From the IMG/VR virus record IMGVR_UViG_3300033067_000354, positions 1 through 39,507 of that record: 39,507 nucleotides of DNA; one strand, 5' to 3'. Numbering within the stretch: the stretch's first letter is position 1; each line of letters starts with the position of its first letter. Shown here one piece after another: positions 15,186 through 24,123 of the stretch. Source of the stretch: a virus (Duplodnaviria; Caudoviricetes). The notes under the pieces were generated by a model. It saw only the letters and a program-made list of their open reading frames with translations. It made no database searches and was not told where the DNA came from. Made by a program: the position numbers and the translations under genes.

Positions 15186-17681
15186 TCACCCCACAACGCC
15201 CGTGATGCGCCCGTCGCGCGTGGCCTGCTCCAGCGCCGACAGCATCCGGTTCACGTCCGACGCGGGCGCAAGCAGATCGAACCGACGCGACTGCGGCGTC
15301 TCGGCCCAGATACCTCGCACGCCCTCCGCTGCCCGGTAGTAGACCGTCAGCAGCTTCTGCCGACCGTCAGGCCCGACGACCGTCTGCCGCGTCGGCATGG
15401 CACGCCAGCCCATGCTGCTCTCCGCGCGCAGGATGTCCTGCGCCCTGCGCCACCAGTTCTTCAGGTGGTCGCCCTCGCCCGACGCCGTGACGGCGTTCTG
15501 CATGCGCCGCCGCAGATCCTCGTTGGCGATGAAGTCACCCGGCACGCGCGACAGCACGTCACGCAGGATGTCTTCCACGTCGCCCTCGTTCTGCTGCTGC
15601 ATCACCATGCGGCCCTCGCCGAGGTTCGGTGCCTCACGCACGGCGTCCCAGTCCACCATCACACCACACAGCGCGTCGCGCAGGGCCGTGCCGAACTCAG
15701 CCGTGAACACGCCATCGGGACGCCAGCGGTTGACCAGATCCGGCAGGCCCGGACAGTCGATGAATTTGACGTCCTCCTGCATCAGCACCGCGAAGCGGCG
15801 GTCATCTACCGTCAGCGGCAGCGCGTTCAGGTGGTTGGTGGCCAGCAGCATCGACGCGAAGATCTCGGCGGAATAGGCGTTGATGTTCTTCTTGCGGATC
15901 GCCACCTCGCGCCGCCGGGGATCGACATATGACTTCAGCCGCTCGTAGCTTTCCCGGCGCTTCCACGCCATCGACCCGCCGCCGTCATCGCCCGCCATGA
16001 CCTCATCGCAGGTCACCAGCACGCTGTCGGCCAGCCAGCCATTGTACTGGCCCTGCCCGCTGCCGCCCATCAGTTCCACGGACGTCACGGGCGACACATT
16101 GCGCGACCCGAAGACCGCGCCCAGCATGTCGAACAGCGTGCCACGGCCCGTGCCTTGGATGCTGGCCACCAGCAGCACGCCGCAGCCGATCACCCACGGG
16201 CGCTGCACCTTCGCCGCCACCCACATGCGGAACCAGTCACGCTCGGCCTCCACGGGCAGCAGATGGGCGATCAGGGCCTCAAAGGCATCGACGGCATCGA
16301 TGCCGTCACGACCGACCGGGACATCTTCCGGCGCGCGATAGGTGTTGACGAAGGTGCGACCGCCGATCTCCACCAGCAGGTCACGGCTGTCGGGCCGATA
16401 CCGATAGCCCGACACATCCACGCGACGCGGGTCGGCCACCCACAAGCCGACCGGGTGAACGGTCTGCTCACCGCCACGCGGCCCGACGACGGTCACGGCG
16501 TGCGGCTGCATCAGGGTGCGGAAGTTGGCGATGGTCATCGCCCCCTCGGCAGGCGACGACAGCGGCACGACGCACCGCTGCTCGGACGGCATGTAGACGT
16601 ACTCTTCCAGCATCGCATCGACCACCAGTTCCATCTGGTCGCGCATCTCAGCGCCAGCGCCCACCGTCGCAGCCTGCGGGGCCGTGGACGGCGTCGCGCC
16701 ACCGAACAGCGTGCTGCCAGCCGCCAGTTGCTGCAGGCGATCCAGCGCCCCCTGCGGGATCGGGCGCGGTGCCAGCGCGGCGGGGCGGTGCGTCTCGTAG
16801 GACGCCGTCTCAAGGATCGACAGGCGACCGTCGCGCGGGTGGATGGAGGCGATGCAGCGCGTCATGTTCACCGCCGCCGCGCCCTCCAGCCACGACGCCG
16901 ACAGGCGGATGGTGCCGTGCAACTCACACAGCGCCTCCAGATCGGCCAGCCCCATCGTGCCGTGGTCGCGCGTCTCGAAATCCTGCGCGTCCAGATCATA
17001 GATCGGCGTCGGGCTGCTGAACCCCGGCTTCGACCGCACGTCGCGCTGCCAGCCCAGTTCATCCAGCACACGCGTGGCCGTGTCGGCGATGGTGACCAAC
17101 TGGGCGCGCGTCAGGCGCGGCAGATGGTTGAAGTGGACGTCGGCGAGGCCGATGTCGCCCGACCAATAGTACTGCACGGCCACGTTGCCATGCTCATCGA
17201 TGGTGTGCGCGCCATATGCACCAAACTGACGCCCGCCGCCCTCACCCGCGAACACCTCGACGCGGTGCACCGTCTCATCGCCAGCGGCCTGCCGGAAGCC
17301 TGCAGAGGCCAGCCGATAGAACGGCTCCTCACCATCGGCCAGACGGCAGAACCACGCCTCCTTGGCCCCCTTGCCGCGCCGCACGGGCGCATCCTGCAGG
17401 ATCGACCAGATCTCGGCGGGGATCGCATCCACGATGGCGTCAAGGGCGTCGTCGTCGTTCACGTCCAGATCGATGGCGACCAGACCGCCCTCAATCCGCA
17501 CGCCCGTGCCGCGCCACTTCAGTTGCTGCGACCACGCATCGATCTGGGCCGCGTCGACGTGCAGATCGGGCCACCCTTTCAGCACACACATCTTGTCCTT
17601 GTTCGCCAGCGGAACATAGCCGTTGGCCAGCATGCGGCGGCGCAGGTCCGTCTGTGCCGCGATCTCTTCTGTCTTGTTCAT
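15186..17681 (-). CDS. Primase-helicase (N-terminal prim-pol-like domain, C-terminal SF3/DUF5906-like ATPase)
   Basis: Start MNKTEE at 17681 with GAGGGG RBS; GYVPL..K...KGW...AIDLDV; QGTGRGTL, VTCDE, ATNH, DDRRFAV. Confidence 0.85.
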   Translation of the reverse strand: MNKTEEIAAQTDLRRRMLANGYVPLANKDKMCVLKGWPDLHVDAAQIDAWSQQLKWRGTGVRIEGGLVAIDLDVNDDDALDAIVDAIPAEIWSILQDAPVRRGKGAKEAWFCRLADGEEPFYRLASAGFRQAAGDETVHRVEVFAGEGGGRQFGAYGAHTIDEHGNVAVQYYWSGDIGLADVHFNHLPRLTRAQLVTIADTATRVLDELGWQRDVRSKPGFSSPTPIYDLDAQDFETRDHGTMGLADLEALCELHGTIRLSASWLEGAAAVNMTRCIASIHPRDGRLSILETASYETHRPAALAPRPIPQGALDRLQQLAAGSTLFGGATPSTAPQAATVGAGAEMRDQMELVVDAMLEEYVYMPSEQRCVVPLSSPAEGAMTIANFRTLMQPHAVTVVGPRGGEQTVHPVGLWVADPRRVDVSGYRYRPDSRDLLVEIGGRTFVNTYRAPEDVPVGRDGIDAVDAFEALIAHLLPVEAERDWFRMWVAAKVQRPWVIGCGVLLVASIQGTGRGTLFDMLGAVFGSRNVSPVTSVELMGGSGQGQYNGWLADSVLVTCDEVMAGDDGGGSMAWKRRESYERLKSYVDPRRREVAIRKKNINAYSAEIFASMLLATNHLNALPLTVDDRRFAVLMQEDVKFIDCPGLPDLVNRWRPDGVFTAEFGTALRDALCGVMVDWDAVREAPNLGEGRMVMQQQNEGDVEDILRDVLSRVPGDFIANEDLRRRMQNAVTASGEGDHLKNWWRRAQDILRAESSMGWRAMPTRQTVVGPDGRQKLLTVYYRAAEGVRGIWAETPQSRRFDLLAPASDVNRMLSALEQATRDGRITGVVG

Positions 17682-17691
17682 GCTGATCCCC

Positions 17692-19863
17692 TCAGTCCAC
17701 GGTCTTGGTGTAATAGAAACTCTCGCTGGCCTCGCACGCGATGGGCAGGCCATCGAAACAGGCGGGGAGGTCCAACATAGCAGTTGTCAGGGCCTCACGC
17801 CCAGCCGCTGCATCTTGTGTGTCGGTCAGGGCGATGACCTCATCGTGGGTGTGACCCACAACCAGTTGTGGCCAGTCCCGGTCCAGACGGTAGATGACGT
17901 GGCGCAGCAGCGACCCGGCCACGGCCTGCACGGCATTCTCCACCAGCGTGCCGTACCACAGGGCCGCGCGCCCGTAGCCGCGCCGATAGGTCAACTGTTC
18001 CTTGATCTCGACCTTCCCGGTCAGCTTGTCGCGCCGCTCCCGGCGCTCCCACTTGATGACAGGGTACAGCAGCGGCCTGCCATCGGGCAGCAGGCAGATC
18101 AGCGTGCCGTGCATGTAGTCGGGCAGGTAGACGTAGGTCAGGCGCGTGCCCACGGCGCGTGGATGGCCCGGATTGTGCATGCACCACAGGGCGGCTTCCC
18201 ATGTGTCGTCCCAATAAGCGCGCGCCCACGGGTTCACGGCACGCCACTTGGACACGATCTCGCCTGCCTCGCCATCGGTGAAGCTGGCCCCATAGTTCCG
18301 CGCCATGTTGAACAGGGCACCCTTGCCGCCCCCGAAGCCCAGCGACAGGACGGGCACCTTGCCGTGGCTCTGCCGCTCCTGCTTGGTCACGGCCTTAGCA
18401 TCCTTGCCGAGGATCGAACCCGCTTGCAGCTTGTAGATGTCGGGCAGGCTGGGATCTGCGTCATTGGCCCGGAAGATGTCCAGCACGGCACCGCCGCCAA
18501 ACGCCTCGCCCAGCCACGGCAGGACGCGCGCTTCAATGGCCGAATAGTCGGCCCACAGCATCTTCTGCCCCACCGGGGCGGTGAACACGGGCCGGATCAG
18601 GCGCGACAGCGTGCGACCGACAGGCCCCTGCTTGGCCAAATCGTCATAGGTACAGTCGGACAGGATGTCGTTGATGATCTCCAGTTCCTTGGCCTGATCG
18701 CCGACCGTGGACCGCGTCAGGTTGTGGATCTGCAGGCCGCGCGATGAGAACCGCCCCGTCGCCGCCGCGCCGTTGAAGACGTACTGGCCGCACAGGCGGT
18801 CGTCAGCCGTCAGCATCGGCAGCAGCTTGGTGAACTTGCGCGGCGTGGCGCTGGCCCCATAGGCCCGGACCTGCAGCACCTGATAGACCTGCCACTCTTC
18901 GTCCGTCAGGCCCTGCTCCGCATCCATCCGCTCCAGATAGGCGATCAGATCCTCGACCCGCGACCGCTCCAGCGAATGCTTTTCCAGCCGCACGACGCCG
19001 TCGCCCTCTTCCTCCTGCTCTTCCACCACCTCGCGCAGGAGGATCATCTTGGCTTCGGACAGGTGGTCGATGCGGTCCAGCACCCACGCGCACAGGGCCT
19101 CATGCTGGTTGACGGTCCTGATCGCGCCCTCGGTCAGCCTCTGGATGTCGCTGTTGGCCCGGAAGGCGTTGTCCTCGGCCAGCCGCGACGCGGCCTCGGC
19201 AAAGGCCCGGTCCACGGGCATGCCGATCTCATTGACCCGCTCACTGGCCCAGTACTGCTGCCACTCCATCAGCGACAGGGGCAGCGTGGCCTGCCACACC
19301 GTCCGCATGGGCGGGATGTCGTCCAGCGCGTATTCGCAGAAGGCCAGCCACTGGTCCGGGTACTCTGCCGGGTCGGCGAAGGGCGGCACGCAGAATAGCT
19401 GGATCAGGCGCTTGCCTTCGGGCCGCTTCTGGACCTCGGCCTTGGCGATCTTGCCAGCCCCGGCCAGATCGGGCGGGAGGTGCGACCGCACCGCCTGCGC
19501 CATGGCGTCAAGGAAGTGTTCCGTCCGCAGCCAAGAGCCGTTCCGCATGCCGCGCGACAGGGAGAGGCGGTCGAAGGCGGCGTTCCATGCGACGAAATGC
19601 GCCTCGCCAGCCTCGACCCGCTCGGAGAATGCCCACAGGTCGTCGGGCGCGTCGTTCCAGTCCAGCCAGCCCCCGGCGTGGGCCTGTTCCTGCTTCCAGA
19701 TTTTTACGGGGCCGTCGCCAATGGCATAGGTCACGATCATCACCCGGAAGGCCGGGTCGGCGCTGTACGGGTAGACGCCCGTGGCCTTCAGGTCGGCCCC
19801 GGACAGCGTTTCGGTGTCGATGAAGCAATAGTTCCCGATGTCGGGCGAGAGATAGCTGGTCAT
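17692..19863 (-). CDS. DNA polymerase family A with 3'-5' exonuclease
   Basis: ExoI DTET, ExoII WNAAFD, ExoIII YALDD; TGRFSS; motif A ADYSAIEARV; motif B K...L...FG; motif C HTHDE. Confidence 0.95.
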   Translation of the reverse strand: MTSYLSPDIGNYCFIDTETLSGADLKATGVYPYSADPAFRVMIVTYAIGDGPVKIWKQEQAHAGGWLDWNDAPDDLWAFSERVEAGEAHFVAWNAAFDRLSLSRGMRNGSWLRTEHFLDAMAQAVRSHLPPDLAGAGKIAKAEVQKRPEGKRLIQLFCVPPFADPAEYPDQWLAFCEYALDDIPPMRTVWQATLPLSLMEWQQYWASERVNEIGMPVDRAFAEAASRLAEDNAFRANSDIQRLTEGAIRTVNQHEALCAWVLDRIDHLSEAKMILLREVVEEQEEEGDGVVRLEKHSLERSRVEDLIAYLERMDAEQGLTDEEWQVYQVLQVRAYGASATPRKFTKLLPMLTADDRLCGQYVFNGAAATGRFSSRGLQIHNLTRSTVGDQAKELEIINDILSDCTYDDLAKQGPVGRTLSRLIRPVFTAPVGQKMLWADYSAIEARVLPWLGEAFGGGAVLDIFRANDADPSLPDIYKLQAGSILGKDAKAVTKQERQSHGKVPVLSLGFGGGKGALFNMARNYGASFTDGEAGEIVSKWRAVNPWARAYWDDTWEAALWCMHNPGHPRAVGTRLTYVYLPDYMHGTLICLLPDGRPLLYPVIKWERRERRDKLTGKVEIKEQLTYRRGYGRAALWYGTLVENAVQAVAGSLLRHVIYRLDRDWPQLVVGHTHDEVIALTDTQDAAAGREALTTAMLDLPACFDGLPIACEASESFYYTKTVD

Positions 19864-20129
19864 CAGTGCACCGTCCCGCTGATGTCGATCATGCGCGCCA
19901 CCAGTTCATCCGCGAAGCTGTCGATGACGTGGTTGCACTCATCGCACTCGCAGGCGTTGGAGGTCGTGCCGATCACCTCGTACAGGCCAGCGAAGGTGCC
20001 CATCGTGACGTGCACGGGCAGGTCGTGCTTGTCGCTCCATTGCGTCATCTCGCCCATCAGGTTGTACAGGATCTGGTACAGATCCATCCACGCCTGCGGC
20101 TTCACTTCCACTTTGATCTTGTCGTTCAA
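19863..20129 (-). CDS. Hypothetical protein
   Basis: 88 aa; overlaps both neighbours; CECDEC motif. Confidence 0.6.
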   Translation of the reverse strand: MNDKIKVEVKPQAWMDLYQILYNLMGEMTQWSDKHDLPVHVTMGTFAGLYEVIGTTSNACECDECNHVIDSFADELVARMIDISGTVH

Positions 20130-20410
20130 GCTGCTTCCTCCAGCAATGCGGCCACCTCGGCACGCGTTTTAATAAACCTGTGTTCACACCCCAGAGCCAC
20201 AAGGCGGCGCATCCACCACCGCTGGTGCTCCGAGATCACGCCACCCTTGGGGCGCTTCAACTCCACAAACACGACGCGAGGCCCCGGCAGGACGACCAGT
20301 CTGTCTGGTACTCCGCGCAGCCCCACAGGGGATAGCTTTATACACACCCCGCCCAACCTGTCCACGCTACTTTTTAGGTGGTCCTCTATTGACGCCTCTT
20401 TTGCGACCAT
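20126..20410 (-). CDS. VRR-NUC domain nuclease (Holliday junction resolvase-like)
   Basis: EASIE...GVPDRLV...FVELKRP.G..SEHQ; GAGGAGG RBS. Confidence 0.9.
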   Translation of the reverse strand: MVAKEASIEDHLKSSVDRLGGVCIKLSPVGLRGVPDRLVVLPGPRVVFVELKRPKGGVISEHQRWWMRRLVALGCEHRFIKTRAEVAALLEEAA

Positions 20411-20417
20411 CTATGTA
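20389..20417 (+). promoter_or_regulatory. Rightward sigma70-type promoter
   Basis: TTGACG-N17-TATGTA; the same TTGA...CTAWGTAC pattern recurs at 28011 and 28991. Confidence 0.6.
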
Positions 20418-20434
20418 CCTCCTCAGTGAACACC

Positions 20435-20463
20435 GGAGTACGACATGATCGACCTGAACGCAA
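20435..20463 (-). promoter_or_regulatory. Candidate leftward promoter for the replication genes
   Basis: Minus-strand TTGCGT-N17-TACTCC upstream of VRR-NUC. Confidence 0.4.
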
Positions 20464-20636
20464 TGCGCCTGCCGGAGGCCGACGGCCCCCGCGAACAGGT
20501 GAAGACATTCCTGACGCCTGAGGCCCGCGCCCGCGTCAAAGCCGCAGCAGCGTACACGGGACGCCCGGAGTACCTGATCGTGGAGGCCGCGATCATGGCG
20601 GCTGTCCCGGTCGTCGCAAAGGACGCGACGGCCTGA
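20445..20636 (+). CDS. Ribbon-helix-helix-like DNA-binding protein
   Basis: 63 aa; strand QVKTFLT then helices PEARARVKAAAAYTGRPEYLIVEAAI; GGAG RBS. Confidence 0.55.
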   Translation: MIDLNAMRLPEADGPREQVKTFLTPEARARVKAAAAYTGRPEYLIVEAAIMAAVPVVAKDATA

Positions 20637-20691
20637 CCAATACCGTGCTGGGTCGGTTCCACCCAGTGTGACATCCTCGGAGGAAGAGACG

Positions 20692-21129
20692 ATGTTTGGA
20701 CTTTTGAAAGACAAGTTCAGTGGCGGCGCTGCCCGCATGAACGGCAAGCTGGACCTGCTGGAGGGCATCTGTGCCGCTGGCGTGCTGGTCGGCGCTGCTG
20801 ACGGCGATCTGTCGGACGACGAAGCGGCGACCGCTCTGGACCGTCTGGTGAACCATGAGGTGCTGTCCAAGGCATTCTCTGGCACCCAGATCGAAACCGC
20901 CTTCGACAAGCAGGCCAAGCGCGCCAAGAGCGGCATGTCGGGCCGTCTGGCGCTGCGCCGTGAGGTCGAAGACGTGAAGAACAAATCCTCCATGGATGAG
21001 TGCGAGATGCTGCTGGTCATCGCCATCGACGTGGCGGCGACCGATGGCGACATCGGCCCCAAAGAGATGGCCGTCCTGCGGACCATCGCGCAGGCGATGG
21101 GCCTGTCGCTTGATCGGTACATCGGCTGA
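20692..21129 (+). CDS. terB: TerB-family protein
   Basis: Duplicated AADG.L...E / ATDG.I...E motifs; start at 20692 with GGAGG RBS. Confidence 0.85.
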   Translation: MFGLLKDKFSGGAARMNGKLDLLEGICAAGVLVGAADGDLSDDEAATALDRLVNHEVLSKAFSGTQIETAFDKQAKRAKSGMSGRLALRREVEDVKNKSSMDECEMLLVIAIDVAATDGDIGPKEMAVLRTIAQAMGLSLDRYIG

Positions 21130-21290
21130 TGTTCGACAAGCTGAAGGGCAAGGGGGGCGAACTCCTGATCACCCTCACCGCCGCCGGGATGCTGCTGTCC
21201 GTGGCGCTGGGCATTGTCGGCGATGCGATGCTGATCGGCATCGTCGGCTTCTGGGGCTGGTTCATCGCCACCCCGGAGGACAAGGCATGA
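21129..21290 (+). CDS. Small two-TM membrane protein (not in ORF track)
   Basis: 53 aa MFDKLKGKGGELLITLTAAGMLLSVALGIVGDAMLIGIVGFWGWFIATPEDKA; TGATG overlap with terB. Confidence 0.7.
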   Translation: MFDKLKGKGGELLITLTAAGMLLSVALGIVGDAMLIGIVGFWGWFIATPEDKA

Positions 21291-21373
21291 CGACCTATGA
21301 GATGCTCGACATCGGCCTGTCATGCGCCATCATCGTCCTGCTGCTGATCGACTGGCTGGACGAAGACGAGTAA
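21287..21373 (+). CDS. 28-aa single-TM peptide
   Basis: MTTYEMLDIGLSCAIIVLLLIDWLDEDE; GGAGG RBS; ATGA overlap. Confidence 0.6.
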   Translation: MTTYEMLDIGLSCAIIVLLLIDWLDEDE

Positions 21374-21375
21374 TC

Positions 21376-21397
21376 GGTGGGGCGTCCGCGCCCCACC
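21376..21397 (+). terminator. GC hairpin after the TerB cassette
   Basis: GGTGGGGCG-TCCG-CGCCCCACC; no U-tract. Confidence 0.4.
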
Positions 21398-21425
21398 CCA
21401 CCAGCAACACCAACGGGGGTGCCCG

Positions 21426-21701
21426 ATGATCATCAACAAGGGTTTCACGGACAGGTCAAACGTCAGCCTGATCAGCACGCCGCGCGCCGCCGACACGGCC
21501 CGCGTTGAGACGGTGAACATCCTGCGCCGCCGTGCCTCGCTATCGAATAGCCGGGCACCCATGGACGTCGTCATGATCCGCGACAATGAGGGCATGACGC
21601 GTGACATCGTGACGGGCGTGCCGCCGTCATTCAATGCCGAGGCCCGCGCCGCGTGGGCCAAACGCCGGGAAGATGCAATGATTGAAGGACTGTTCAAATG
21701 A
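21426..21701 (+). CDS. Hypothetical protein
   Basis: 91 aa; overlaps the next start. Confidence 0.55.
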   Translation: MIINKGFTDRSNVSLISTPRAADTARVETVNILRRRASLSNSRAPMDVVMIRDNEGMTRDIVTGVPPSFNAEARAAWAKRREDAMIEGLFK

Positions 21702-21937
21702 CCAAAGGTGAATACCGCGTCGGGATCTCGTTCAACCCGTCAGGCGATGACATCGTCGGTCGGATTAAGAGCATGGCTGCGGCCATGATCGATTTCATCG
21801 ACGGCATCGAGACGCCTGACAGCGGGCTGTCTCCGCAGGGGGTGGAGGTGGCCCGGTGCAAGGCGCTGGCCCAGACCCATATCGAAGACGCGGCCATGTG
21901 GGCGGTGAAGGCGGCAACGAAGGGACCGATGGCATGA
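21698..21937 (+). CDS. Acb2/Tad1-like helical-hairpin protein (candidate immune-signal sponge)
   Basis: 79 aa; RCKALAQTHIEDAAMWAVK resembles the Tad1 C-terminal R...A.THxExAxMW helix. Confidence 0.65.
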   Translation: MTKGEYRVGISFNPSGDDIVGRIKSMAAAMIDFIDGIETPDSGLSPQGVEVARCKALAQTHIEDAAMWAVKAATKGPMA

Positions 21938-23217
21938 CTGCCCAGCACCTGACCCCGGAAGAACACAGCGACATCGTCGGCGGTTCGACCGCCGCGCGTC
22001 GCATGGGTTGCCCGCGCAGCTATCGGCTGGAGCAACTGGTCCCCAAGGATGAGCGGGGCAGCGAATACGCCCGCGAGGGCACCGCGCTGCACGAACTGAT
22101 GGCCATGGCCCTGCGCGATGGCCTAGAGCCGACCGAGATCCTGCCGTACACCTTCACGGCGTCGGACGGGTCGTGGTCGTTCACTGTGGACCGCGACCTG
22201 TGGGACGACAAGGGTGAGCCTGCGCTGGCCGCGTTTGACAAGTTCTGCGCCCAGATGGAGCAGGAGATCGGCGACGACATGCACATGCTGGTGGAGCGGC
22301 GCGTGGCCGTCCCCGGCATCCCCGGTGCCTTCGGGACGTCCGACATCATTGCCCGGTGCGGGGCCGAACTGTTCGTCATGGACTGGAAGTTTGGCTTCAA
22401 GACGGTGGACGCGACCGAGAACAAGCAACTGATGTTCTACGCCGCTGGGGCGCTGAACACGGAGCGGGCGTGGATCACGGACGAACTGGCCAGTGACCCC
22501 ACGACGCCCGTCACGCTGGCGATCATCCAGCCGCTGAACGCCCAGAGCGGCAATGACATCGTCCAGCACTGGACGACGTCGGTCGGCGATCTGGCCCTGT
22601 ACATGCAGAACCTGCAGACGGCGGTCGAAGAGGCCCAGAAGGACGACGCCCGGATCGCCAAGGGCAAGTGGTGTGACTTCGCCCGCTGCAAGACCGTCTG
22701 CCCGCTCCACCTGAACGCCGTGGGCGCGCTGGGCGAGAAGCTGGAGGCCCTCAAGGAACGCCAGAAGGCATCCAACGGGTCGCCCGAAGACCGCATTGAT
22801 TGGGGCCAGCGGTACGCTGAACTGCTGGAACTGGCCGATCTGGTGGACCCGCTGGTGGCCGAGATCCACGCGCAGGCGCACGCCTATGTCGAACAGGGCA
22901 GCACCATCCCCGGCTATGCGCTGGAGGCCAAGAAGGCAGGCGCGCGGTCGTGGGCGGTGGAAGAGCGGCTGCTGAAACTGTTCTTCAAGCGGCACCGCGT
23001 GAAGATGGACGAATGGACCGAGCGCAAGCTGAAGTCCCCCGCGCAGATCGAAAAGATCATGAAGGCGCGCGGCGTCGAGGTGCCGAAGCATTATGTCGCT
23101 GCTGGCGTCAGCAGCGGAACAAAGTTGTCGCGCGTCGAAAAGGTGAAGCGCCCGGTGCAAAGCGTGCCGGAACGCCTGCGTGCCTTGTCTGACGCGTTGC
23201 TGGGCCGTAAGGTCTGA
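21934..23217 (+). CDS. Cas4-like PD-(D/E)XK exonuclease (DUF2800 type)
   Basis: GCP..., EGTALHE, FGTSD, VMDWKFG, QLMFYA, WCDFARCKTVCP Fe-S cysteines; start at 21934. Confidence 0.88.
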   Translation: MTAQHLTPEEHSDIVGGSTAARRMGCPRSYRLEQLVPKDERGSEYAREGTALHELMAMALRDGLEPTEILPYTFTASDGSWSFTVDRDLWDDKGEPALAAFDKFCAQMEQEIGDDMHMLVERRVAVPGIPGAFGTSDIIARCGAELFVMDWKFGFKTVDATENKQLMFYAAGALNTERAWITDELASDPTTPVTLAIIQPLNAQSGNDIVQHWTTSVGDLALYMQNLQTAVEEAQKDDARIAKGKWCDFARCKTVCPLHLNAVGALGEKLEALKERQKASNGSPEDRIDWGQRYAELLELADLVDPLVAEIHAQAHAYVEQGSTIPGYALEAKKAGARSWAVEERLLKLFFKRHRVKMDEWTERKLKSPAQIEKIMKARGVEVPKHYVAAGVSSGTKLSRVEKVKRPVQSVPERLRALSDALLGRKV

Positions 23218-23288
23218 CAGGCGGCGTCACCTGCCCAGTGGTGAGGTGCGGCGCTGCCGAGACAGGAAACAGGATATAGGAGAAAACC

Positions 23289-24053
23289 ATGTCCAACGCG
23301 ATCACGAACCCCGGTGCAACTGGCCTTGCGGCCCTCGCAAGCCTCCGCAGCGGCCTCGCCCAAGTCCGGGCATCCATCCCCGCCTCTGTCGGCGGTTCGC
23401 CCCTCCTGCGCCTTCTGAAAGACGGCCAGTGGGTCGCCGGGTCGGAAGACACGGTCATCCGGGCGGGCACCGAGGTCATCGCCAACCCGCTGTCGTTCCA
23501 AGCTGGCTATTCCTGCTGGACCAACCGCGCGCCGGGGCAGGGCAAGAACGAACTGCTGGGCGAAGAGATGTGGGGCATCAACGCCGTGAAGCCCCCGGCC
23601 TCGACCCTGCCTGTGCACCACGATCCGCGCACGCAGGAACTGTGCCAGTGGAAGGACATCATGTCGGTTGACATGAAGGTCTTGGACGGCGCGATGGTCG
23701 GCCAGCAGATCATCTACAAGGCGTCGTCGGTCGGCGGCACGCGCGCCCTTTCGGCGCTGCTGGACGCCGTGATGGCCAAGATCGACACGGGCAGCGAATA
23801 CGTGTTCCCGGTCATCACCCTGTCGTCGGACAGCTACAACCACAACAGCTACGGGCGCACCTATGTCCCCGTGCTGGAGATCGTGGGCTGGGCTGACATG
23901 CAGGGCCGCGAGGAAGATGCCGACGCGCCTGCCGCCGTGGACACGGTGGTGAAGGCCGCAGCGGCCCCGGCGCGCAAGGCCGAGCCTGCGCCCGCCCCGG
24001 AACCGACCCCGGAACCGGAAGCGGCCCCGGTCGGTCGCCGCCGCCGCATCTGA
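23289..24053 (+). CDS. Putative ssDNA-binding protein
   Basis: 254 aa; follows the exonuclease as in PolA-phage replication modules; PVITL.SDSY.H..YGRTYVPV motif; AGGAG RBS. Confidence 0.7.
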   Translation: MSNAITNPGATGLAALASLRSGLAQVRASIPASVGGSPLLRLLKDGQWVAGSEDTVIRAGTEVIANPLSFQAGYSCWTNRAPGQGKNELLGEEMWGINAVKPPASTLPVHHDPRTQELCQWKDIMSVDMKVLDGAMVGQQIIYKASSVGGTRALSALLDAVMAKIDTGSEYVFPVITLSSDSYNHNSYGRTYVPVLEIVGWADMQGREEDADAPAAVDTVVKAAAAPARKAEPAPAPEPTPEPEAAPVGRRRRI

Positions 24054-24065
24054 TCAGAGCAAACA

Positions 24066-24091
24066 CGCCTCCCGCCGACAGGCGGGGGGCG
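24066..24091 (+). terminator. Hairpin after SSB
   Basis: CGCCTCCCGCC-GACA-GGCGGGGGGCG; no U-tract. Confidence 0.45.
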
Positions 24092-24123
24092 ACCTATGCA
24101 AGCACACAGCACGCAGGTTCAGC

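Noticed and set aside
16155-17780. 541-aa plus-strand ORF
   Set aside because: Antisense shadow of the primase-helicase gene.
21934-23217. Cas4-like gene as evidence of a CRISPR system
   Set aside because: No array or other cas genes; this is the standard phage replication exonuclease beside SSB.
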